Part shown: piece by piece, positions 1 through 13,100 of the stretch
Numbering within the stretch: position 1 is the first letter of the stretch
Layout: every line of letters starts with the position of its first letter
NCBI GenBank assembly: GCA_002633005.1
Contig: NMRA01000511.1
Coordinates: forward strand, 4,147 to 68,146
Origin: Phoronis australis
Taxonomy: Eukaryota > Animalia > Phoronida
Direction of reading: 5' to 3'
Length of the DNA stretch: 64,000 nucleotides
The notes under the pieces: model-generated
Databases searched by the model: none
Seen by the model: only the letters and a program-made list of their open reading frames with translations
Told to the model about the DNA's origin: nothing
Program-made: the position numbers and the translations under genes

Positions 1-2568
1 TGAATAATACTTCAGGAATCAAGGAAAATGCTTGATTTTTTGAGGTAAAAACAGAAAAATTTCCTGGGCGGGAGGGGGTCAAACCCCCCTCCCGACCTCC
101 CCCCATTCGGTGCTATGCGCATCTACAATCGTGGTTCAGTTTGCGCAAATGCTTACAGCCGGACAAAATGTTGGGCCCCCCCCTTGTGATATCCTAGATC
201 CGCCACTGAGGTGAACCCCGAGGCCGAGGGGTTTTTCGGATTTTCGCTGGCTCCTCGAGCACTTATTTTCTCATCGTAACCTTAACAAATTCCCATATCA
301 TGAACGTACGATTCTCTGTTGAACAGCATCGCCTCTTGTATCTGTCGAAGCGTCTTCAAATAGTGCAAAAACACTCATCGATTCCACCAGGATCGTCATT
401 TAGCGACAGTGTACATGTATTTGCCTCTGACATCTCGTTCGATTGTCGGGTATTACGTGACTTTTGGCATAGGGGCGGAGCTTACGATAGGTCAATTGCG
501 AGACCATCTTAACACACGCCTTTCCACAGGTATTGCATATGTTAGAAACACTTCTCTCATGACCACGACAGTGGGCCTTTCAATTCCGTCAATTCTTCTT
601 TTGCCATCGCCTTTCCTTTTATTTTATTTCATTCTACACACGAAAACGACATTGCAGATTTTTTCATCCTGCTACGTAATGCAATGGAGCCAACGAGAGA
701 CTGCGTTGGACGTGACTTTGATAATACCATTGGCTGCTTGGAGAACCAAGACACACGTATAATGTAGGCTTTGTGTGGAGCCAGATGTCTCTAGGTAATT
801 TTCAAACAAGATTCATTCGAGTGTGGTCTATGCCAAGAACATATAACGTGTACGGCGCGCAAATGCGTACAGTAGACGATTATGCACAAATTATCAATCA
901 AAATTGCCTGACACCTTTTCTCTGTAATTTCGCTCGACATCACGCAGCCTTGTCCACAAGCCTCAAGATAGCGCTGATCGGTTTAGCAAAACCGATTAGC
1001 GTCATCTTGAGGCTTGTGGACGTTGCTGAACGCCGCAGAAGTGCATGGCTCTTCCTATAAAGTCTTTCACAATGTTACGAAAGGTAGCAATGTGGAATGT
1101 TGTTTAACATGGCTTGTCATTGGTTAAAGTAATGAAACCGCAGTCATAACATTCAGTCATTACCATTGGTTGAAATCTGAGAAACCCCGTTCAGAATACT
1201 GTTGTGTAGTATGGCGACGACCTTTGACTTGAATAGTTGCAATTTACTAAAACGGGCAATGATGGAAGTAAACAAATCAAGGAAACCCCGATCCAGTGGT
1301 TTAAGCCCAAACAAGTACAGTGCATAGAAGGAGTTCGCAAGTGGTAACGAAATGATCGGTAAACTTCCGACCAAGCATTGATGCTCGCAAACGGAATTCC
1401 GTGTGTCGTTCATCATGTTTCCACAGGGCCACTTTTTAGTATGGACGACGCTGTGTCAGAAGGTACTATTGACCTTTAGACGAATAGTTAGGCTCGTCAC
1501 GTACAAGCAAGCAGCCAGGATGTCACAGAAACGAGTTAATGAACTGATAGCATCTGCCTTAAACCAGCTCACCTGGTGACTCATTCTGATCTGCAGATTA
1601 ACCAGAGGATTTGTATCCCACAAGTCCACACTCTGTTAATGCGTATACATCGATTTGCTTTCCATAAAAGGCCAATTGGGTATTCGAGGACGGACAAATT
1701 TCCGCAAAAACTGCGACACCCCCTAACAGCGTTTCTAGCCGCTGAACAAATTCACGGCCCTGGGCCCGACAATGTACCAGTTGGAGAGTTCAGTACTAGG
1801 CCAGAGCGTATTCCTTAGACCCAAGACATGAACTCATAGAACGGAGAAATTGAATTTCATCGTAAAATTAATAAATTCTATCCCATTGTTCAACACCTGA
1901 CTACCTAATCATTTCATTGTCTAGGTTAGCAAGGTCTCGATCATACTCAAGAAACATTCGACTTTACTTGCGTGATCTTACGTTACCGCGATGTTCCGCG
2001 TCTACGTAACCATGCCATTTTCTTGACATACAGTAATTAATCCTAAATTTCATGTAGATAATTACTATTCATGGACATTCCCATACGAAAACACGGCTTA
2101 TACAATTTTCAGATTTTTCAGTTTAAAAATAACTTATGCAATCTAATGCTTACCTGTCGAATTGAAAATGATGTAATTGCTTCTAAATTGACCATAGTAG
2201 GTGTTTAATTAACTCAAATTGAAAAGGTTTCTCATTTGGTACTCCGAGTTTGAAATGTCATTCGTGAGACAAGCTATGTACCCTGCGGGTATCTCTGCTA
2301 ACCAAAACCCTTTGTTTAACCGCTGATAATAGTTTTTCACCTGCAATCCTGAGTACCATAGCTGCCTCAGCGCTGTAGTTTTTTAAGCATTGTGTAACTT
2401 ACAGTCAAAGTTTCATTACATTCCACTATCAAATAACAATTGTATAACATGTATAGTGACTGCACCCTATGTTCTTTGTACAATCAAAATTTAATTAGCA
2501 CTGGGAAATGCAGTTCTAAAAAGAATTGACAACGAAACAGTTCACTCGAATACTGGGTTATCTTCTTG

Positions 2569-2973
2569 AAGCCTATCTTGAACGGCAACACTTGTAAATT
2601 TGGATCCTACAGTATATTAAGAGCATTGCTCTGAGCCCACTAGTTCCATAAATTGTCAAATGTAACGAACTATTAAGTTTATTGGTTTGCTTTTGTCTAC
2701 GTCACCGCGAGAGTCAAACAGTTGCGAAAAACTCCCGCACGCAATGGTGTTATATTCAGGCCCCTATTCAGTAACACTGTTATCGATTTTTCTTTATTTG
2801 TGCAGGATCTCGCGGTGACGTAATAAGGCTCGAAAAGGCAACTACAACCAACACTTGACGGGCTTACATTTGCGTGATTAAACTCGTGTTTTCTTATTTT
2901 GCTAAGGCTTTGCTAGAAGTACCTGGTTAGCCCAATACATATAAATTAACAAATTTCCGTTGAAGTTAGGCTT
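2569..2973 (+). mobile_element. MITE family 2 copy
   Basis: TIR aagcctatcttgaacgg / ccgttgaagttaggctt; second copy at 31179-31554. Confidence 0.7.
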
Positions 2974-3827
2974 TAATGTACGTAGATAGACTAAACCGGA
3001 ACAGTGTACGCTACACCCAAGAACGTACCGACAAGACACCAACAACAACGCACGCTTCAACGCGAAATGGGCCTTAGGTAGAGGGCGTGAATTTTCTGTT
3101 GTTAGAGAGTTATAGCGTTTTGATATTCTGTAAACTTGCCTCCTATGAAAATACTTGATATAGTTGGTCGTGGTCACGAGAAATGGAAGAGATGGACCTT
3201 AAGATAGGAAGTATGTGTCCCAAAATGGTAAGGACGGATCAGAAATGGAAAGTACGGAGTTATGATGGGAGTGAGAAATCATTTTACAAAACAACATTAG
3301 AAAGAGTTTTTTGTTGGAGTTTGCAAACATGGAGTGAGAGTTTAAGGAGCATTGAGCATTGTTAAATGTAATCGCGTACTGGTCGCATTACAAGTGTCGT
3401 GCTTTGGCGTTGTCTTTTAGGGTGTAGACGATAAAAATCATATCCACTTTGCCGACACAATACTAATCACATACACCGGCACGAGAAACTAAGGAATAAA
3501 CGTCATGCGTGAAATCTAGACCCTGAAAATGTATTATTCCCGCATCGTTCGACAGAGCTGGTGTCCACTTCAAAAATTGACATAAATTGCAGGTTTTAAC
3601 AACGATCTAAAAACGCAAACAAATGTGCTACTTTCATAAGCTAGCTATTGCCACCTATTAATACCATCTTCCTAATATCGAGTCCGTGCTTTCTGTTGCA
3701 AGGTTTGGTAAACGTAAATATCTCATTTTGTTCAAGAAGCACAAGCACGAGACACGACGTCACGCTCCATTGACAGCACGAATGTTCTAGTGAGTGAAGC
3801 CATTTTGTGTTATAAAAATGGTCGACA

Positions 3828-4164
3828 ATGGAATTGGGAACACTTCTTGTTTTACTGAACGTTGCCGTAGTTTTTGCAGGTAAGCACTTTATAGAACCTA
3901 GTCCGTGCAATTGTCTCTCTGATCTGCAAGCATCGATCGTTTTAAACTGTTTGAAAAGCTACATATTGGATGGTCATTAAACCAACTTGAAGTATTGCGA
4001 GTCGCCAAAGATACACCAGAGCATCAGTTATTTACCTTTTGGAAATAGGCCTTACCGTTTCTGTTTAACAGCAACGTCTGTTCCCGACATTTCGTAACTC
4101 AAAATCATTTTTACCACGATTCAAACATTCTTTTGATACCTTGCATCAGCAGTCGAGTGCACTG
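3828..4164 (+). CDS. Signal-peptide exons (3828-3879 and 15-nt micro-exon 4150-4164)
   Basis: ATG at 3828 gives MELGTLLVLLNVAVVFA|gtaagc, then cag|CAGTCGAGTGCACTG|gtaagt adds AVECT. This joins in phase 1 to GSCDELLDAL at 5211. Hydrophobic core with a plausible cleavage site near VEC. Confidence 0.7.
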
Positions 4165-7100
4165 GTAAGTAAGTTAACAGCTGATATGATCTGGTTGAGC
4201 TCCGTAAACCAAATCCACTGTTTTTTTCGGACTTGGCAGGTCTCTTTTAAGAGACCTGCCAAGTTTTAAAAAACCTCCAAAGATGCTCCATATCAATTCA
4301 GCCTTACAAATCACATGTGGCAATAGTCAGCTTTCTATCTATTATGACCTAGGCTAGTGGGAAAGGAATCATATAGCCTTTGTGCATAACTGTAAAAATG
4401 GCTAAGCCTTCATACAGTTAGCCACCCGACTAGTAGCCAATACTCAGTTGTTTTAACAACTGAGTATTGGCTACTAGTCAAAAAAGGGTTGATTGACTGA
4501 GAAGCTGACTACGTAACACGTCTATCTGGACCTTAGTCTCATTCGTTGAGACCTCGACGGAACCAAAAAATTTCAATTGAATTGAACTGAGGTATAGACA
4601 AATTCAACTTCGCCATACTTTCTCTATGGAGACACCACGTTAAGGTGATTGTTGCTGTTCACAGTGCATTTCATCGAGCTCTTAATCTGCCTCCCGTTCA
4701 GTAACGGTAGGACCTAGCTTAAAAGCAAGACTTCGCGCGAGATTACGCGACATATTGCCATGTATTTTAAAGAAGAGCACTTGACCTTGACTAGCTTTTG
4801 GCTAGGTCCTAGCGTAGGTCCTAGCGTAGGTCCTAGCGTAGGTCCTAGCGTCTACTGAACGCACGCCTGCTTTTTAATCAATTTTAGAATCTCTCTCTTT
4901 ATTAGCTAAGGAATTCGCACACTACTAGTAAACAAACTCCCTTAAGAGGACCACAAAACTCTACCAAAAGTTTTAAAATGTTTGTAACATGTGACTGAAT
5001 TTGCCAAGAGGCACTTGCTTATGTAACGTAAGTGTCTGGTCACGTGACAAGTTTTACTATTACGTTGTGGCTCATCACCTCACCAGTATGCATATGTTGA
5101 TGTTATGAGATGCTTCCAAAATGAGGTTATGGAACAACATGTTACGTACGTGTTACCTGCATGACAAAATTTTTATATACTTGATAATATGCTTTACGTG
5201 CACCTTCAAGGTTCCTGTGACGAACTGCTTGACGCCCTATCCGGCCAGTACTTTGACGCACCATCCTTGAGCAGTTTTGCTCTGTTTAATGCGACATCAA
5301 CGGTGAAGAGGATAGAGTTTTCACGTGACTATTATAAGGTTCTTAGTTTCCCTAGAGACCAGAAACTTGTGGGCCTTTACAGTAAGTTTGGTAATTTTGG
5401 AAGATGCTAATCCTATTTTGGTCAATCCACAGATATAAGGTCTACGAATGCATTACTTAGAGGCGCTACAAACTCCATATTGGCTTAAAGTTTTTATTGC
5501 TCATCATTTTCTCAAAGCAAAATCTCTTATCTCTTATCTTTTATTTTGATTAAAAGTGGTAACAGATACACGTTCTTCTGATGGTATGCTGGTTTGTTGG
5601 CTCAAATTTACCCTTCGTGATAAGCAACTTGACCAGTCTGATTGTTCCGAATACCTGGGGTATTTTTATAGCCTCAAAACTCACCTCCGAATTAAACGTC
5701 TGTTATGTATCTGGGCAGAGAGTAGCGTAGTGTGAGTCGTCTCGACAAGGCTCTGGCAACATTAACAAACTTTAGTTTCAGGCTCCAATCCCTTACATTA
5801 CTGTGACGTGAAGTGCAACGATGACATAGCCACGGTGATCATGCCCATTCAACACATGGGACGAAGGTAGGCATGAAGAAGTTAAGGTTGTGTCCTGGGT
5901 ATGAAAATGATTTTCAGTATTCTTGTACACCAAAAGTGGTCATTCTAGGTATATTTTAAAAACCATTTAATATAGTTGATAAGTAGTGGTACTGCGTGGA
6001 TGTATATCCTTTGACTTTCAAATTTGAGTAAACGGAAGCCAAAGTGTTGCGAGAAGTTGCTTTCTTCAGGGTCAAATTTTGCGTTCACCACGTGACAAAA
6101 AGGAGGGCACCACCGTGACTCGCAACTTTAGGCATGCCAACATGTAAACAAGGGGTAAAGGAACCGTAAAGGTTCGTGTGTATTCGTGTGTATTCGCCCA
6201 CTGCTTCAGAAGGGCTGCGGTTCTGATTGGATGCCCAATATTTCTACTACGGATTTTAACGCCTGAATCGTGTTACCCCGTGCGAAATGTACATAATTGG
6301 CTGTGTGTTAGTGAGACATGTCTGACTGTTCAGTTATTGGAGTGTTTCTTATGACAGGACTCAACCAACGTACCAAGATCGGGGAGAGTTCCTATACCGA
6401 TGTATGAACCTAATGAAAGTGGGTGAACACCTTGCACTGAACTACAAGGATAGCACGCGTAAGTGTCTACATTGTCCATACTTCCTGGTTCGGCCAAAGG
6501 CTGGTTACTAACGTCAAATCGAAAGCACTCTCGCATTGGCTAATGCAAATACTCTGTGTAAACATATAAAACTCAGCAACGTGTTTTCGTCTTTGAAACG
6601 GAAGTGCTCTAAAACACACGTCTAACTCGTCAACGTTTATTTTGTCTACTAAATGAAGTAAACGAAAGCGAGATGAGAAACAAGAATTATTGATATATAT
6701 ACGTACTATAGAAGCGAGATGTGATGGAGTGCATAACAGGTGAACTGCTCTTACAATAAATTGAACCTTTTCCTGAAATCGTCTGTTCAAAATGGCAGAG
6801 AAACTAATCGGCGTTTTTTCCACGACGGGCAAAATGATAGTGTTCATGTTTGAACTTGTACTTAATGTAAGAGCGCCTGCTGAAGTCCAATTGAGACCCA
6901 TTGTGCCTGGTAATTAGTCCCCTTAACGCTACTATGGTTAAGCAGATGATAGTTTTTTTACAAGAGTGTCATTCTCTTGGCTGGGTGCAAAATCGTTCAA
7001 GACCCCATGATTGCTGTTTGCAACTTATTGATTGATTCAGACATGCGCAGTGGAGTCCACACCAGAAGTTCCTGGATTGAATAACGACAACCACAAGACA

Positions 7101-10100
7101 CTGATTTGCACTTCCGGAGAAAAATAACATCTTTTGTAAATGTAGAGCGTCATTGATTGGCAAAATATAACGTTGTTCCAAGAGCATTAAACAAACTCCG
7201 TGTAACCTCTAGCCTGAAGTATACCAGAACACCCAAGATGAAAAGTGTTGCTTATAAAGCTGATCAACGTCGAAATTCGACAAAAAATCGTCTTATAGAC
7301 AAGAACACGCCATTCTCGACAGTGTGAGTTTGACAATATATGTTGCTCCACAAATGCTGGACATATGTTGCTCCCGGCCGCACACATTTCTAAATTGCTA
7401 CAACTTGTCTTTTCAGGTCCATTTGCAAATGAATAATTAGGGGCAATAACATCACAATACCATGTTATTGCGACGAAAGTTCGACTTAATTGCCAAATAA
7501 TTATGACAAAAATTGACCAATTTTGTCAGACTTTTGTCGAAGTTTGTCTATTCTTTAAAGCAACTGTAATTCTTTCTGTTAGTATTTTTGTACATGTAGC
7601 TGTACGTCGTTGATGTGTGCCTTTACAATGTGACCTAAGCCTTAATCTCGGTAATGGGAGTCGAGAATAGGGTTAGTATGTGTTGTCGAAATATATGTTT
7701 AACCCCTTTATTCGTTATTTGGGCTCTGGTTTTTATCTATAAGCGTTATACGATTCTACGTCATCGGTTAGATTCGTATGTTCTGTATCGTGTACTTACG
7801 CACCATTTGGGGCTGTATTCGCACGTTCTGTGTCGCGTACTTACGCACCATTCGGGGCTGTATTAACACGTTCTGTACCGTGTACTTACGCAACATTTGG
7901 GGCTGTATTAACACGTTCTGTATCGTGTACCTACGCACCACTTGGGGCTGTATTAACACGTTCTGTACCGTGTACTTACGCACCATTTGGGGCTGTATTC
8001 GCACTTTCTGTATCGTGTACTTACGCACCCTTTGGGGCTGTATTAACAAGTTTTGTATCGTGTGCTTACGCACCATTTAGCGCTGTACTGTATTAAACAC
8101 GTTCTGTATCGTGTACTTATGCACCTTTTGGGGCTGTATTAACACGTTCTGTTTCGTCTACTTACGTTCCATTTGGCACTGTATTCGCACGTTCTGTATT
8201 GTGTACTTACGCACCATTTGACGCTGTATTCGCACGTTCTGTATCGTGTACTTACGCACCATTTGGGGCTGTATTAACACGTCCTGTATTGTGTACTTAC
8301 GCACTATTTGGCGCTATATTAACAAGTTAGTGTTTTCTTAGTGAAGCACCAAAATTGTTCGAAAGTGACGGATTGTCCGGAAGGGGAGGATTTAGTGAGA
8401 TCTGGACCGTTGCCAGGGAAAGTTCGGCTGCTGAATTGTAAGTCTACTTTCCAATTCACATTAAACAGCTATCCAAACGAACATTTTCTCCTGTAGGTTA
8501 CATTTTCATTCATATCATAGTTGTCTACAAATTTACAATTGCCACATCTGGATGTACCGCGAAGTCGGAAGTGGGTTTCATTCAGGAACGATTGAATTAG
8601 GCCGTCTATTCGACTATGCTAAGTGAGTTTCGAAAAGAGTAAAACTCGGGTAAACATGTACAAAACAACGGACATGAATAGTTCAGTAAAGTTGCTGTGC
8701 ATTAAAGATATTCAGACAATTATCGAAAATACTGAAAATAAAGTTCTGACTAAGAAAAATTAAGACGCCTCACACGGCAAAGAACAAGGGATTTTAAGGC
8801 AAAATGAAGACAACCGTTGTTACCTGTTGTGGAGACAAGCAAACCGTCAATCAAGTGAAGACATAAAATCCTGAAATTTGAACGCATTATTAATTTAGTA
8901 ACTTAGATTTCCAATTTTCTACCGGAGTCTCTGGAAAATTTGACCGACTTAGATTGAACAGTGAGCAACGGTCTGGACTGATTGAAGTTAACTCATGCCC
9001 ATAGATAAAATACCTGCGAGAATGCGACCACAAAAATACTCGAGGTGTTCCGAATGATCACGGAAATAGGCGAGAACAATAGACAACTTTTTTATTTCGG
9101 CCCAGGTACAAAATTGTGCTAAAAAGTTTTGTGGTTTGATAACAGAAAAGAGGAAACATTACACCAAACCCCAAATGTTTGCTTGTAATTTTCCAGTACA
9201 GGTAAGAACTTCAAAATGTGCAGACCGTGTCGTTTTTATGCATTTACCTCACGTGCTGATAGTGAACGTTTTCAAGCTAGTGTTATCTGCGGTGTCCTAA
9301 TGGTTTTCCCGACGCTCTTTGCCTTCAGTCAAAACAAACATGAGAAATATTGTCCCTAACGATTGCCCAGTTGAGCTAGCAACATAGTCCAATTGCGACA
9401 AAGTCTTACAACTTTAAAATCAACTACTTCTACAGTTGGTGCTCTAAATGTCCTACACCAGTATCTAAGCACAACGTGATGAGCCTTTCCACGCGCTTCT
9501 TCGTAGAAAACATTTTTTGCATGCCACAGCGGTGGCTCGCGATAAAATTGTGCAGGTTTATGCAAAGTCTGAGTCCATAACTCAACACACAGTTTGGGAC
9601 CTGTTCCGAGAGAATCACCAAGTGGCATGTTACATATCACTTAAGTTAGTATGTACTTCCAAGTGGTTTAACTAAAACAACTCGTTGAGACATGGCTTTA
9701 GCTCTATCACAGGCGATGGGGTGCAATGTGAAACACTGTAGAAAAGTATCGGCCAAAGAACAGCTGCTCAGTAGTTCTCGTTGCCCTGTGGTAAAAGTCG
9801 TTATATTGAATAGCTCAAGACACAGCGGCAGTGTATGGCCATCTCGTTCTTTCCAGTTAACGTCACCCTCGCAAAGCCAGGCGAAAAACTACAACCCTGG
9901 GTAAAGAAGCAAGGTAATGATTCGGTTTTTGTCTGATGCGTTTCCCAATGACTGAACAATGTAAAGGTATCGGAAGTTGTTCAAGTACTTAATGCAAATT
10001 ACATAGGTTTACCTGTATGTTAAAACACATAAGGACATTGCTGTATGAGATCCCTAACCTGATTCCTTCTGGGTCAAAATTTCATTCATAGATTTTAGAG

Positions 10101-13100
10101 GTGAGTTGAATTGTGTTGCTCAAGTTTACATGCACTTAAAGTGATTGGTCCTTTGTTTTCCACTGAAAATCAACTCACAAATTGTTTTTTACCAGACGAC
10201 GACTACTTAGACATGACAAATAACTACACGCTGGCGGATTACTCTGTCAACACTATTGTCAAAGGTGAGATAGTCTTTTCTCTTTACGTAATCTATCGGT
10301 AGGCGACTACCGTATTGCCGCGTCATTAGGCCCACGTGCGTCTGTGCGGAACTGCACTTAGATGCCAAACTTAGGCGCATACACCAATGTGCACACCACC
10401 TAGGTAAAAAGGCCCCGAAAGGGACATCATTTCGGATAGTGTAGGCCCATGGGCTTATAAACGCGACAATACGGTAATGCACAACTATTAACTAAAATTT
10501 CTTGAAAGCACGCCAAGGAACTCCAAAGATACAGATGCAAACGTGAAAAATTACCATTTTTAGGCACAGTGGCCAGTCAAAATAGCTTGGACTATATGCC
10601 GACTAATGTATGGGTCTATGCAGGGAACATTACCTCAGGGCTTATAAGCTAAACCTAGGCGTTTTCGCCAATTTGCGAACCGCTATGGTAAAATAAACAC
10701 GAAAAAAGCTTTATTTTGGCTATAGGCCCGTGAGCAATACAGTAACAGATAACGATTCTGAAATGTCGGCTTTGGCAACATCAACCGTTTCTAATGAAAT
10801 TACAAAGACGAAAATTTTACTAACACCAGAAAAAGAAGGTTGTCCTGCAAGCCTACTTGAAAATTCTTTGTCTGGCTTTAAAAATAGAAGTAAAATTGTT
10901 TGACATAGGACTTATTTTTATGACTTCGTAATACTACGCAGCCGCCATGCATAGATATAACAACACAGCTACTCTACCTTGATTTGGGCCCAACTTAAGG
11001 ACAACGTGGCTTGGTAACCGAAACTAGGAAATCGGCCAGCCGTAATCGGCAGCGAGTGGGGAGGACGAGTAATTGGTGACGGAGATGGGATTGGAAGGTC
11101 AGGATTATTGGCGGCGATGGGGGGGGGGGGGGGGGGGGGGGCTCAAATCCAATTTCAAGTGTCAAATTCGGAACACGGCGCTTTCGTAACGGANCGGGTT
11201 GGCCGGGGTGGGTGGGTTGGTGAGGGTATGCAATTGAACTTGGTGGCGACAGAGGAGGGGATGGAATCCTTCCGTGACTAGATTTTGACAAAGCCCAGTC
11301 AAGTGCTCCCCACAGCCAAGTCTCCTTCTTGCCAACTGATCCCCGTGTGATACTGATTACAAACTGCAAATTTTCAGACCGTGACGACAGTCGTGACCGC
11401 CGCGTTTGTGATACGATCGCGCTTACCTTGGTGGGGAATTACTCGCTTTGGTCTCCAGAACAGATGGCGCACGGCTGGGCTAAACACGTAGCTAAGTGGT
11501 TGGAGATTGGGTACACACAGTTCAAGACGATAGGGACATTCAATAGACAGCGGATTGGTCGAGGCTTGTTTAGTGAGTGCATCGTTAGAAGTCAGCAGTA
11601 GTAGGCCTATGCGTAATTCTTTAAAATTGATTACCGAGCGCGCTTTGACAGAAATTTATTCTGTTATTCCAAAGGTATAGTCTTACGTACCTGCACCTAG
11701 TTATTCATATGTTTGTTACTGTTGTGACGTTTCTTCACTGGGAAATCCAAATTCGGGTGAAACTTGATTTAAACACAAACAAAATTTGATCATGTCATCT
11801 ATTTTCAGTGGCACATAATGTCCCTTTCCGCTTCAAGATAGTCCACTGCCATTCTCAAGAACTATGGTCATGGGTCCACACGAGACATAAGCCAGGGTAA
11901 GAATATTCACGCATGTGCAGACGATGTTAAATGCTATGAATAAGTACGAGTAACCATAGCTTTCCTGGGAAGTGTGTGTTCTATTTTCAATGACATAAAA
12001 AGTAAGAAAAGGTAAAGAAAAGTATATGTCATGTCGGGTTTTAGACTCGCAACAAGTTTACTATAGCACAAAAACGGTCCCCATGGAAGGCTGTACATAA
12101 TCGCAGGCGTCTGGTGAAGCCACAAACACGCTTCACTGGTTTGGGGGCTGTTATTTATATGGGAATTTTAATAAAGGTGTATTGATGAAAACTGACATCA
12201 ATGTCTGAATGAATTGTTATCTTTTGTTACATTAGATTCCTATAAAGTGTTAAAAACTCGACACATTCTTGAGTAATTAGCCAGTTTTCTAAATAAAAAA
12301 TATATTCTTGTGCGTTTTAGGTGTTCAAATCATAAACGGAAAATTGAAACTGATAGACACTTGGGTACAGCTACACATGGGCCTTTCTGCTCTGTATGCA
12401 ATGAGAATGAAAGGCACGTTTTAATAGGGTATTCAGTGTATGACTGTTTTAGGCAAAAGTTTGATATGCGTTATAACATTAGAAACGTCGATGGTCACCT
12501 CTTCGTTTATTTGATGGCATCCTGCAGTTTCTGGAACTTAGATCGTTTCATTTTTATTCTAAATCGTTAATTTAATTCCCTGTATTATGTCATATCTCCT
12601 TTCAATGTTGATTACACAGTTGTATTTGCCTGATGTGCATGTACATCTGTATATGGACCGGAAGCGTACATGTGTTTTGGAAATTGGTCGGAGGACTACA
12701 CGTAAATACTGCATTAAACCAACTAAATCAAACGTTTTACTTTGAATGAATGAATGACAAAAAACAATTTGCATAATCACGATTTATGAAGAGTGTGCCA
12801 TCGTCATAATTTTACTTTCATTTGACAGTGACCCCACAAGCGATGATTTTTACATGTGTCTGATCATGCGCAAAGTTGGTGATGACGTTGAGGGAACTTA
12901 CACAGAAATCAGTAAGTTTGTGGTCAAGAAATATAGGTGTCACGCTGACGATAACGAAAGTTAAAATAACTCCGCCACATTCGATCTGACCAAGACCAAA
13001 AATAACACAGTGTATTGTACGCTATACATGTATTTATGTGTAGATTTTGAACAACTTAAAGCTGAGTTTGTGACTTGCATGTATAGTGATTCTTCAACTG

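Noticed and set aside
7768-8096. Repetitive ORFs, or a CRISPR-like array
   Set aside because: Head-to-tail 45-bp minisatellite without unique spacers, open in several frames, in a eukaryotic intron.
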